Source of the DNA: an uncultured Candidatus Rokubacteria bacterium
GTDB lineage: Bacteria; Methylomirabilota; Methylomirabilia; Rokubacteriales; DASRDR01
Reading direction: 5' to 3'
DNA: 64,000 nt
Assembly: GCA_963805625.1 (NCBI GenBank)
Contig: CAWDVE010000010.1
Span: 1,440,001-1,504,000, forward strand
In this document: piece by piece, positions 1 through 8,740 of the stretch
Position numbering within the stretch: the first letter of the stretch is position 1
How the letters are laid out: every line of letters starts with the position of its first letter
Notes under the pieces: generated by a model
Database searches by the model: none
The model's input: the letters and a program-made list of their open reading frames with translations, nothing else
Told to the model about the DNA's origin: nothing
Translations under genes and position numbers: made by a program

Positions 1-494
1 AGCCCGGGGTACAGCGTTCGCATCGCGGGGACGGTGCGCTCGTACTCGTCCTGGACCCGGACGCGAAGCTGGCGGCCGAAGGTGACGCGTTCGAGCTGCA
101 GCGTGCCCACGTACACGGCCGTGTCCCCCACCTCGAACCCGACGCCAACCCGGAACCAGACCTCCTCGGGGAACGCTTGTCGGTCCTCGTTGATGCGGAG
201 ACGCGCGATCTGGTACCGGCCCGGCGGCAGCGTGATCACGAACGGGCTCCGGATGAAGTCGACCGGAAGCTCATGCCGGAAACTGCCGTCCTCACGCGCG
301 ATGTCGAGCACGAGATGCGGCGCGTCGAAGCCCGTGATGAAGACCTCACCCACGACCGCCTGGTGACCCGGCGGTACCTCGAGCGGCGCCGCTCGGAACG
401 CGGCGCAGCCGGTCGCCGCTATCGCTCCCAGGACAAGAACGGTGAGCCATCGCCGGCGGCCCTCCCCGGATGCCCCCGACACGGGCCGTCTCAT
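1..494 (-). CDS. Putative lipoprotein, runs off the left edge (absent from the ORF track)
   Basis: ATG at 494 overlaps the nitrilase stop (ATGA). Translation MRRPVSGASGEGRRRWLTVLVLGAIAATGC-AAFRAAPLEVPPGHQAVVGEVF... stays open to the window edge: basic N-region, hydrophobic stretch, lipobox-like ATGC. Confidence 0.7.
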   Translation of the reverse strand, partial: MRRPVSGASGEGRRRWLTVLVLGAIAATGCAAFRAAPLEVPPGHQAVVGEVFITGFDAPHLVLDIAREDGSFRHELPVDFIRSPFVITLPPGRYQIARLRINEDRQAFPEEVWFRVGVGFEVGDTAVYVGTLQLERVTFGRQLRVRVQDEYERTVPAMRTLYPG

Positions 495-1558
495 TCGCTC
501 GGCTTCTTCCAGATCCCCCGCTCCTGCATGAGCCGGATCTGGCGCTTGATGACCTTCTGGCGGTACTCGGCGTGTTTCATAGGCGCGCGCTTCAGGTAGA
601 GGTTCTTCGGGTAGATGGGCTTCTCGTAGAGCATGCCATACAGCTCGGTGCGGACGTCCTTGAGCCAATTGTCCCACTGGGCGGAGCCGCGGTGGTGGCG
701 GAGCGCCTCGATGTCGACCGGCCCCGCCACGTACGTCGACCCCGCCCCGTAGTCCTGGCGGCCGACGATCCGTCCCTTGTAGTCGATGATGAAGGAGCGG
801 CCACCGAACGTGTCGATCGGCGTGGTCTCCTCGGGAAAGAGATAGTAGGTCCCCATGTTCGGCGCCACGACGTACATGTTGTTGTCGAGCGCGCGGGCCC
901 GGCTCTGGATCTCAAAGTACTCGTTCCCGGTCGCTGGGTGCGGGTAGGAGGCGCGATAAACGACCTCCGCGCCGTTCAGGGCCAGCGCGCGAGCGTTCTC
1001 CGGGTACGAGCCCTCGTTGGCCATCATGACACCGAGCCGGCCGATCTCCGTATCCACCACCGGCCAGAAGGCTTGGAGGTTCCGCCCGTACTTCTCCACC
1101 CACCAGTCGTAGACGTCGTGAGGACACACCGAGTGCTCGACCGGGAAGAGCGGCGAGACTTTGTAGTGCTGAAGGATGACCCGGCCGCGTGGATTGAGGA
1201 TGAACCCCACGTTGAAGTAGCGGTCTTTCCAGTCCGGATGGCGCGCCTTCGCCTGCGCGATGATGAAGACGTTGTACTGGCGGGCGATCTTCCCGAGCTC
1301 CTCCGTCTCCTCCCCCGGGATGTCGATGGCGCACTCCCGGGCGAAGGTGGCGTGGTCGAGGTCCAGCACCTCGTCGTTGAACGCCTGGAGCGCACCCTCG
1401 GGGAACGCGATCAGCCGGACCGGGATCGAGAGGCTCGACAGCCACGCCGCGGCCTTGACCAGATGGTGGAGGTGCTCGAGGTTGATCTTGATGTCCCGCC
1501 GCTTTCGGATCCCCCGCACCGTGGGGATGAGTCCGACCGCCATGTACGGCTTGATCAT
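491..1558 (-). CDS. Carbon-nitrogen hydrolase (nitrilase superfamily) protein with Ala at the catalytic Cys position
   Basis: AFPEG (Glu), HYKV (Lys), IGRLGVMMANEGSYPENARALALNGAEVV and RARALDNNMYVV motifs. GGGAGGG RBS before ATG 1558. Confidence 0.85.
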   Translation of the reverse strand: MIKPYMAVGLIPTVRGIRKRRDIKINLEHLHHLVKAAAWLSSLSIPVRLIAFPEGALQAFNDEVLDLDHATFARECAIDIPGEETEELGKIARQYNVFIIAQAKARHPDWKDRYFNVGFILNPRGRVILQHYKVSPLFPVEHSVCPHDVYDWWVEKYGRNLQAFWPVVDTEIGRLGVMMANEGSYPENARALALNGAEVVYRASYPHPATGNEYFEIQSRARALDNNMYVVAPNMGTYYLFPEETTPIDTFGGRSFIIDYKGRIVGRQDYGAGSTYVAGPVDIEALRHHRGSAQWDNWLKDVRTELYGMLYEKPIYPKNLYLKRAPMKHAEYRQKVIKRQIRLMQERGIWKKPSE

Positions 1559-1637
1559 CTGCCGTCCCTCCCGCGCAGGAGCTGTGGTTGACAGCCGGAC
1601 GCCCGGGCGACACCGACACATCCCCGGGGCCGAGCGC

Positions 1638-2088
1638 TCACGGACCCTCCCGCAGGGCCCGCGTCAGCCGCGCGCGCGACGTGACGCGGTCACCGCGCGA
1701 GTATTCTCCCACCAGCGTGCCATCCGCCTGCATGGTGTACACGGCCGTCGCCTGCACACGTGCGAGCTCCAGCCGGAGCGCGCCGTTCTCGATGCGGCCG
1801 CGAACGCGCGTCCACCCCGGTGAGCCCACCCCGAGCGACGCCGAGACTCCCCACGAGTACACCGCGACGACCTCCGTGATCTCGCCGTTCTGCAACTGGA
1901 GCTCGACGACCAGGACGTTGCCTATCCACCGGCCGGCGAACCGGGCGTTCTCCCACGGCACGGCGGGGGGCGGCGGCACGACCAGGAGATCGGGCGGCAT
2001 GGGCGGCACCGGCAGGGGCTTCGCGGCACGCGAGGCCCAGCTCGAGCCCGGCGAGGAGACTCCAGGTTCGACGTGCGCACCGTCTCAT
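1638..2088 (-). pseudogene. Putative lipoprotein with one +1 frameshift just after the lipobox (real or sequencing error)
   Basis: ATG 2088 overlaps the ABC ATPase stop. MRRCARRTWSLLAGLELGLAC continues as AKPLPVPPMPPDLLVV... if one C at ~2025 is removed. Confidence 0.55.
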
Positions 2089-2837
2089 GGAACGGGAACT
2101 CCGGGACCCTGCTGGCGGAGCACTTCCTCCATGATCACCTGGTTCAGGTGGTCCACAAGCGCGTGGCGGTCGCGCCCGCCGTCGTTCCGGATGAGCTCGC
2201 GCACGCGGGCCGGGCGCGCCGACATCATGACGAGCGTGGTCCCGATCGCCACTGCCTCCTCGATCGCGTGAGTGACGAACACGATGGTCTTCCCCGTCTC
2301 CGCCCAGATCCGCTTGACCTCCGCCTGCATGATCCGGCGGTTCTGAGCGTCCAGCGAGCCGAATGGCTCGTCCATGAGCAAGAGCGCCGGCTCGATCGCG
2401 AGCGCCCGGGCGATGGCCGCGCGCTGCCGCATCCCGCCGGAGACCCGGTTGGGATAGTAGCCCTCGAAGCCCGTGAGGCCCACGAAGCGGAGGTAGCGGT
2501 GGGCGGTCTCCCGGCGGGCGGCCTGATCGAGACCCTGCGCCTTCAGCACGAGCGCGACGTTGTCGGCCAGCGTCATCCACGGCAGCAGGCGGTCCTCCTG
2601 GAAGACCACGCCCACGTGCAGGTCGCCGTCGCCGTCGTAGGTGACGGGGCGCCCGTCGAACCGCACCTCGCCCGCTGTCGGCGGCTCGAGACCGCCGAGG
2701 ATCCGGAGAAGCGTCGTCTTGCCGCACCCGTTCGGGCCGAGCAGGCACACGAACTCGCCCTTCTCGGCCTGCAGCGACACAGCGTCCAGGACGGGGATCG
2801 CGTACCGCTTCGAGACCTCGTGAACGTCCAGTCTCAT
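2085..2837 (-). CDS. ABC transporter ATP-binding protein, TauB/SsuB-like
   Basis: Walker A GPNGCGKT, signature VSGGMRQR, LLLMDEPF, VTH. Confidence 0.95.
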   Translation of the reverse strand: MRLDVHEVSKRYAIPVLDAVSLQAEKGEFVCLLGPNGCGKTTLLRILGGLEPPTAGEVRFDGRPVTYDGDGDLHVGVVFQEDRLLPWMTLADNVALVLKAQGLDQAARRETAHRYLRFVGLTGFEGYYPNRVSGGMRQRAAIARALAIEPALLLMDEPFGSLDAQNRRIMQAEVKRIWAETGKTIVFVTHAIEEAVAIGTTLVMMSARPARVRELIRNDGGRDRHALVDHLNQVIMEEVLRQQGPGVPVP

Positions 2838-2904
2838 GGGAGCTTCATCGTACCGTACCGATCGACCCCCACGGAGCTTTCGGGGCGCCGTGCGCCGGAC
2901 AAGG

Positions 2905-3675
2905 TCAGCGCCATCGCTCGAGCCGGCGCGTCAGCGAGTCGAAGACGAGCTTGTCGGCCACGAGCATGATGGCGACCATGACGAGGGCCCAGACGAACAC
3001 CATCTGGGTCGCCAGGATCTCCCGGCTGTAGTTCATGATGTAGCCGATGCCGCTCGTCACCCCGAAGATCTCGGCGACCACCGAAACCTTGAGCGCGAGA
3101 CCGAAGCCCACCTTCATGCCGGCAACGAGGTGAGGGATCGTCGACGGGATCACGATCGACCGGAACTTCTCCCACCCCGAGAGCCGGTACACCTGGCCCA
3201 TCTCGAGAAGGCGGCGATCGACCGTCGCGACGCCCTCCACGACGTTGGCCGCCACCACGGGCAGCGTGATCATGAACGTCGTGAAGATGGGCGCCATGTT
3301 GGTCAGGCCAAACCAGATGAGGGAGACGACGATCCACACGAACACCGAGGTCGAGTTGAGGACGGTCACGACGTCGGCGACCGCGATTCGGGCGGACCGC
3401 CACAGGAATGACGCCAGACCCATCAGCACGGCGACGACGAGCGCGCTCCCGAACCCGACGACGATGCGGAAGAGTGATGCCCCCGCGTGCGTCCACACCT
3501 CGCCGGTGAGAACGACCGTGACCAGGCCCCGGACCACCGCTCCGGGGGAGGGCATCACGTACGCGCCGTAGCGGCGCGCCACCGCCTCCCAGACGACGAG
3601 AACCACCGCCAGGACGACGAGCGAGGGCAGCCGGAGTCGGTCGCTCCAGTTCGTCGCGGCGCCCGCTGGAATCAC
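2905..3675 (-). CDS. ABC transporter permease, TauC/SsuC-like
   Basis: Multiple TM segments, MPSPGAV, VVAEIFGVTSGIGY. GTG start overlaps the TGA of the stranded SBP 3' end (GTGA). Confidence 0.92.
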   Translation of the reverse strand: MIPAGAATNWSDRLRLPSLVVLAVVLVVWEAVARRYGAYVMPSPGAVVRGLVTVVLTGEVWTHAGASLFRIVVGFGSALVVAVLMGLASFLWRSARIAVADVVTVLNSTSVFVWIVVSLIWFGLTNMAPIFTTFMITLPVVAANVVEGVATVDRRLLEMGQVYRLSGWEKFRSIVIPSTIPHLVAGMKVGFGLALKVSVVAEIFGVTSGIGYIMNYSREILATQMVFVWALVMVAIMLVADKLVFDSLTRRLERWR

Positions 3676-3678
3676 CCG

Positions 3679-3704
3679 CGCCAGAAAAACTCCTTGGTGA
3701 CGCG
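3679..3704. repeat. att-like direct repeat, left copy (original SBP 3' end, RVTKEFFWRG*)
   Basis: CGCCAGAAAAACTCCTTGGTGACGCG vs CGCCAGAAGAACTCCTTCTTGATGCG at 13843-13868; 4 mismatches. Confidence 0.85.
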
Positions 3705-3768
3705 CTGCGAATACCGCGCGAACTTGGGGGACGGTGGGTTGCAGAACACGGCAAATCGTGGCACGACC

Positions 3769-3786
3769 CGCAACCTATCCGCAACC
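3769..3786 (+). repeat. Putative integrase arm-type site pair, left
   Basis: CGCAACC-TATC-CGCAACC, plus an inverted partial copy GGTTGCA at 3737-3743. Same arrangement at 13783-13800. Confidence 0.65.
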
Positions 3787-3938
3787 GGCAGCGCCTGTCG
3801 TTCACGGCCAAGGCTCGGCCCGTCGCGACCGCTACCCCGCCCTAGGCAGCCCCGCCCGGGCACCTTTGCGCTGGCGGGAGCCTCATCCCGCACCGTGAGG
3901 CCCTAACTCCAGGTCCAACCGACGCCGCCTGACTCGCC

Positions 3939-4132
3939 ATGCTCGATCTGAAGGCCCTCGCGCGCCGTTCCGCTACCCCGTGGTTCGCGACACCGAAGGA
4001 CTCCCCGTCATCCCGGGCCGGCTCGGGCAGATCGAGCCCCACGACGGGCAGGCGCTCGCGGTCCACACGGCGCGGCCGCGGGTCTTCGCCCGACTCTGGG
4101 CGGTGCCGAGGCCCAGCGGCGACGCCTCCTGA
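3939..4132 (+). pseudogene. Frameshifted and truncated small hypothetical gene (island cargo)
   Basis: MLDLKALA followed in another frame by the protein-like PFRYPVVRDTEGLPVIPGRLGQIEPHDGQALAVHTARPRVFARLWAVP. Confidence 0.4.
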
Positions 4133-4348
4133 CCCCGGAGGCGGCCCGAAAACGCTCCGGGCTCCCCACAGTCAGGGGAACTTCAGGACCCTAGGAGCCC
4201 GTCTGGCGCCTGGGGCCGCCTTCCTGCTAGGGTCAAGGCTGCCGTGCCCCCCGGAGAACGCTGGGACGCCCCGCCCCGGCGGCTGTCGGGGGGTACCGTG
4301 ACGCCTATCCAGGCCGCCAGCCCTGACCCGGATCGGGAGACGCTCAGG

Positions 4349-7300
4349 ATGCACTGTCCCCGGTGCCAGCACGAGAATCGTCCGCAGGCGAAGTTCTGCG
4401 AGGAATGCGCCAGCCCCTTCACAGGGGCCGCCCCCACCGCGCGGTCATACGCCGATCTGAAGAGTGAGGTCGAAAGGCTCGGCGGAGCGCTCACCGAAGC
4501 CCTGGAGCAGCAGACCGCGACCGCCGAGATCCTGCGGGTCATCTCCAGCTCGCCGACCGACGTCCAGCCCGTCATGGACGCCGTGGTGGAGAGTGCGGCG
4601 CGCCTCTGCGAAGCGACCGACGCCGCGATCTTTCGCGTGGATGGGGAAGTCCTTCGACTGGTGGTCTCGCGTGGCCGGATACCGATGATCGTGGGCATCG
4701 GCGATGCAATTCCGATCTCGCGCGGCTCGACGTCGGGCCGTGCGGTTGTCGATCGACGGACGATCCACGTCCCCGACCTGGTCGCGGAGTCCGAGGCGGA
4801 GTTCCCGGAGTCCAAGGCCCGGGCCCAGCGCGCAGGGGTACGAACCCACCTGGGCACGCCGCTCCTCCGGCAGGGGGTCCCCATCGGGGTCATCGTGATC
4901 CGGCGCACGGAGGTTCGGCCGTTCACGGAGACACAGATCAAGCTCCTCGAGACCTTCGCCGATCAGGCCGTGATCGCGATCGAGAACGCGCGGCTGTTCA
5001 CGGAACTGCAGGAGAAGAACAGTGCACTCACGCAGGCACACGCGCAGGTGAGCGAGTCGCTCGAGCAGCAGACCGCCACGGCCGAGATCCTACGGGTGAT
5101 CGCGAGTTCGCCGACCGATGTCCAGCCGGTGTTCGACACGATCGCCGGCAATGCCCTCCGACTGTGCGACGCCACGTGGAGCGCGGTTGTGCGATTCGAC
5201 GGCGAGTTGCTGCACCTCGTCGCATTCCACAACCTAAGTGACCCCATTGGGATCGAGGCGCTCCGCAAGGCGTTCCCCAGGGCGCCGAGCCGGGGTGGCG
5301 TCACGGACCGGGCAGTCCTCACCCAGTCTATCGTCCACGTCCCGGACGTGCGGGAGGATCCCGAGTATCGGTTCCAGGAACTGGCACAGGCGGCGGGGTT
5401 CCGGAGCCACGTCTCCGTGCCAATGCTCCGCGAAGGACAACCCCTCGGAGCCATCACGCTCGCCGGTGCGTTGCCTGGGGCTTTCTCACAGCGGCAGGTA
5501 GACTTGCTCCAGACCTTCGCCAACCAAGCGGTCATCGCGATCGAGAACGTCCGGCTGTTCACCGAGACGAAGGAGGCGCTGGAGCAGCAAACAGCCACGG
5601 CCGAGATCCTGCGGGTGATCGCGAGTTCGCCGACCGATCTGCAGCCGGTCATGGATGCCGTCGCCGAGAACGCGGCCCGGGTGTGCGGGGCGACGGATTC
5701 GTCGATCTTCCGCCTGGAAGGGGAGCATCTGCGTCTGGTGGCGCAGCCTGGATCGCTCCGGCGATCACTGGCGATCGGAGCCACCATCCCGGTGAGTCCC
5801 CACACCGTAGTCGGACGGGTTGTGTGCGACCGGCGGACGATCCTCGTCGAGGACATCCTGGCGGCCGAGGCGGAGTTCCCGGCCACCGTGTCCCGCATGA
5901 GGCAGACCGGGTCCGCCACCCGGACAATCCTGGCGACACCGCTGCTGCGCGAGGGCACGCCGCTGGGCGTCATCATGATCACTCGGGGGCCCGCGGTCCA
6001 TCCCTTCTCGGCCAAGCAGATCGCGCTCCTCGAGACGTTCGCCAATCAGGCGGTGATCGCGATCGAGAACGTGCGGCTGTTCCAGGAACTGCAGGCCCGC
6101 AACCGCGACTTGACCGCGACGAGCGAGATTCTGCGAGTGATCGCCGGTTCCCCGACGGACCTTCAACCCGTGTTCGACACCATCGCTGAACGCGCGATGC
6201 GACTCTGTGAGGCGTCCTTCGGTTGGGTCTTGACGTTCGACGGCGAAGTGATGCATCTCGGTTCGCTTGCCAACGTGAGCCTCGAAGGAGCCGACGCCAT
6301 ACGCAAGGTACTGCCTTATGTACCGAGCCGAGGGACCGCGGCCGGTCGAACCATCTTGACCGGTGACGTCGTCCAGGTTCCGGATGTCTTGGCCGATCCT
6401 GAGTACGAGTTGAAGGGAACCGCGCAGGCGACAAATTATCGGAGCGTGTTGACAGTCCCGCTGCTCCACCAGCGGCATCCGATCGGGGTGATCGCGGTCA
6501 GCCGACAGGAGCCACGGGCGTTCTCGGCGGAGCAGATCCAGCTTCTGGCGACCTTCGCCGACCAGGCCGTCATCGCGATCGAGAACGTGCGCCTCTTCAA
6601 GGAACTGGAGGCGCGGACGCGGGAGCTCACACGTTCGGTGGAGAAGCTGACCGCCCTGGGCGAGGTGGGCCGCGCGGTGAGCGCCACGCTCGACGTCGAG
6701 ACGGTCCTCCAGACGGTGGTCTCGCGCGCCAGCCAGCTCGCGGCGGCCGACGGCGGCTCCATTTTCGAGTACGACGAGGGAAGCCAAGAGTTCCGCCTGC
6801 GGGCCACCTACGCCTACGCGCCGGAGCTTGCCGCGGCGCTGCAGGAGACGCCCATTCGGATGGGCGAGGGCGTGATCGGCGGGGCGGCGGCACGGCAGGA
6901 GCCCATGCAGGTGCCCGACATCGTCCGGGAAGGCGCGTATCAAACCCGATTCCGAGACATCCTCCTCCGGACGGGGTATCGCGCCCTGGTGGCGGTGCCC
7001 CTGGTCCGGGAGGGCCAGGTGATCGGCGCCCTGTCCGTCAATCGCAAGGCACCGGGGGAGTTCCCGCCGGAAGTCATCGAGCTCCTGAGCACCTTCGCCA
7101 CCCAGTCCGCCCTGGCCATCCAGAACGCGCGGCTGTTCCGGGAGCTCGAGGCGAAGAGCCGGCTGCTCGAGGCGGCCAGCCGCCACAAGTCGGAGTTTCT
7201 CGCGAACATGTCGCATGAGCTGCGGACCCCCCTGAACGCCATCCTCGGGTTCTCCGAGGTCCTGGCCGAGCGGATGTTCGGGGAGGTCAACGAGAAACAG

Positions 7301-7915
7301 GCCGAGTACCTGCAAGACATCCTGTCTTCCGGCCGGCATCTTCTCTCCCTGATCAACGACATCCTCGACCTGTCCAAGGTGGAGGCCGGACGGCTCGAGC
7401 TGGAGCCCGGTCGGTTCCATCTGCCCACCGCCCTCGACAACGCCCTGATCCTGGTCCGGGAGCGGGCGACCCGGCACGGGATCACGCTCACCCGGAGCGT
7501 GGACGAGCGGCTGGGCGACATCGTCGCCGACGAACGGAAGATGAAGCAGATCCTGTTGAACCTCCTCTCCAATGCCGTGAAGTTCACCCCGGAGGGGGGC
7601 CGGGTCGGCCTCACCGCGACGGCGGACCGGGACCTCATCACGATCGCCGTCAGCGACACCGGGATCGGGATCGCGCCCGAGGACCAGGCGGCCATCTTCG
7701 AGGAGTTCCGCCAGGTCGGCCGCGAGGACGCCCGCAAGCAGGAAGGCACGGGGCTCGGGCTGACGCTGGCCAAGAAGTTCGTGGAGCTGCACGGGGGACG
7801 GATCGGGGTCCAGAGCCAACTGGGCCAGGGATCGACGTTCACCTTCACGCTGCCCGTGCGGCCTGACAGCGGGAGTGCGAGCGACCAGGGAGGCAGCGCG
7901 CCGCCACGGCCATGA
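4349..7915 (+). CDS. Soluble sensor histidine kinase: zinc ribbon + 5 GAF + HisKA + HATPase
   Basis: CPRC..FCEEC N-terminus; repeated [25 protein letters not shown] units; [10 protein letters not shown]-box, [21 protein letters not shown]. No TM segment. Confidence 0.95.
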   Translation: MHCPRCQHENRPQAKFCEECASPFTGAAPTARSYADLKSEVERLGGALTEALEQQTATAEILRVISSSPTDVQPVMDAVVESAARLCEATDAAIFRVDGEVLRLVVSRGRIPMIVGIGDAIPISRGSTSGRAVVDRRTIHVPDLVAESEAEFPESKARAQRAGVRTHLGTPLLRQGVPIGVIVIRRTEVRPFTETQIKLLETFADQAVIAIENARLFTELQEKNSALTQAHAQVSESLEQQTATAEILRVIASSPTDVQPVFDTIAGNALRLCDATWSAVVRFDGELLHLVAFHNLSDPIGIEALRKAFPRAPSRGGVTDRAVLTQSIVHVPDVREDPEYRFQELAQAAGFRSHVSVPMLREGQPLGAITLAGALPGAFSQRQVDLLQTFANQAVIAIENVRLFTETKEALEQQTATAEILRVIASSPTDLQPVMDAVAENAARVCGATDSSIFRLEGEHLRLVAQPGSLRRSLAIGATIPVSPHTVVGRVVCDRRTILVEDILAAEAEFPATVSRMRQTGSATRTILATPLLREGTPLGVIMITRGPAVHPFSAKQIALLETFANQAVIAIENVRLFQELQARNRDLTATSEILRVIAGSPTDLQPVFDTIAERAMRLCEASFGWVLTFDGEVMHLGSLANVSLEGADAIRKVLPYVPSRGTAAGRTILTGDVVQVPDVLADPEYELKGTAQATNYRSVLTVPLLHQRHPIGVIAVSRQEPRAFSAEQIQLLATFADQAVIAIENVRLFKELEARTRELTRSVEKLTALGEVGRAVSATLDVETVLQTVVSRASQLAAADGGSIFEYDEGSQEFRLRATYAYAPELAAALQETPIRMGEGVIGGAAARQEPMQVPDIVREGAYQTRFRDILLRTGYRALVAVPLVREGQVIGALSVNRKAPGEFPPEVIELLSTFATQSALAIQNARLFRELEAKSRLLEAASRHKSEFLANMSHELRTPLNAILGFSEVLAERMFGEVNEKQAEYLQDILSSGRHLLSLINDILDLSKVEAGRLELEPGRFHLPTALDNALILVRERATRHGITLTRSVDERLGDIVADERKMKQILLNLLSNAVKFTPEGGRVGLTATADRDLITIAVSDTGIGIAPEDQAAIFEEFRQVGREDARKQEGTGLGLTLAKKFVELHGGRIGVQSQLGQGSTFTFTLPVRPDSGSASDQGGSAPPRP

Positions 7916-8457
7916 CGTGTCCACAGTGCCGGCACGACAACCCCGGCGACGCCGTCTTCTGCCAAGAGTGCGGGACTCGACTCGAGGCGGCCTGCGCGCG
8001 TTGCGGGACTGCGAATCAGTTGGGCGCCAAGTTCTGCAAACAGTGCGGTCAGCCGCTCAGTGGACCCCAGGCCATGGAGGCGGTGTCTGGCCCGCGATTC
8101 GGCTCACCTGAGAGCTACACGCCCAAACACCTCGCCGAGAAAATCCTCAGCTCGAAGGCCGCCCTCGAGGGGGAGCGCAAGCAGGTCACCGTGCTCTTCG
8201 CGGACCTCAAGGGCTCGATGGAGCTGCTCGCCGATCGCGACCCCGAGGAGGCGCGCAAACTGCTCGATCCCGTCCTCGAGCGGATGATGGAGGCCGTCCA
8301 CCGCTATGAGGGGACCGTCAACCAGGTCATGGGCGACGGGATCATGGCGCTGTTCGGGGCGCCCATCGCTCATGAGGACCACGCGGTGCGGGCGTGCTAT
8401 GCCGCGCTCGACATGCAGGGGTCAATCCGACGCTATGCCGAAGAGGTGCGGCGGACC
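7912..8457 (+). pseudogene. Truncated double-zinc-ribbon class III adenylate/guanylate cyclase
   Basis: Four CxxC pairs, ERKQVTVLFADLKGS, MGDGIMALFGAP..HEDHA. Family similarity stops after EEVRR (~8457), before the second half of the cyclase domain; the ORF runs on in unrelated sequence to 8739. Confidence 0.85.
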
Positions 8458-8740
8458 TCCGTCCCCGTCCGTTTGCCGGGCCGGGGGGCAGGGCCCGAGC
8501 CCTACTGCGCCCACCTCCCGCCGCTCTTGCCGGGCGTGCCAGCGACGCGCTCTCGTTCGGACGCCGCGCGAGGCGTGGCCGACGCCGCGAGCGGGGGGGC
8601 GGAGCGCGGAGGACAGGACGAAAAGGTGGCTAGGACCTCCTACGTTTCTCAAGCCGGTCTCCCGGCACACGAGGTCGTGGGCTGGAGCCGTGCTCACTGG
8701 GGTTCCTCCGGAGCTTACAGGCGAGCCGGGCGCCACTGAA

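Noticed and set aside
3672-3893. 73-aa ORF ending KEFFWRG as a real gene
   Set aside because: Only the last ~10 codons are protein-like and they are the stranded SBP end; the rest crosses the att/arm region.
4500-6620. Repeated ~50-bp DNA blocks as a repeat array
   Set aside because: They are the conserved coding linkers between tandem GAF domains.
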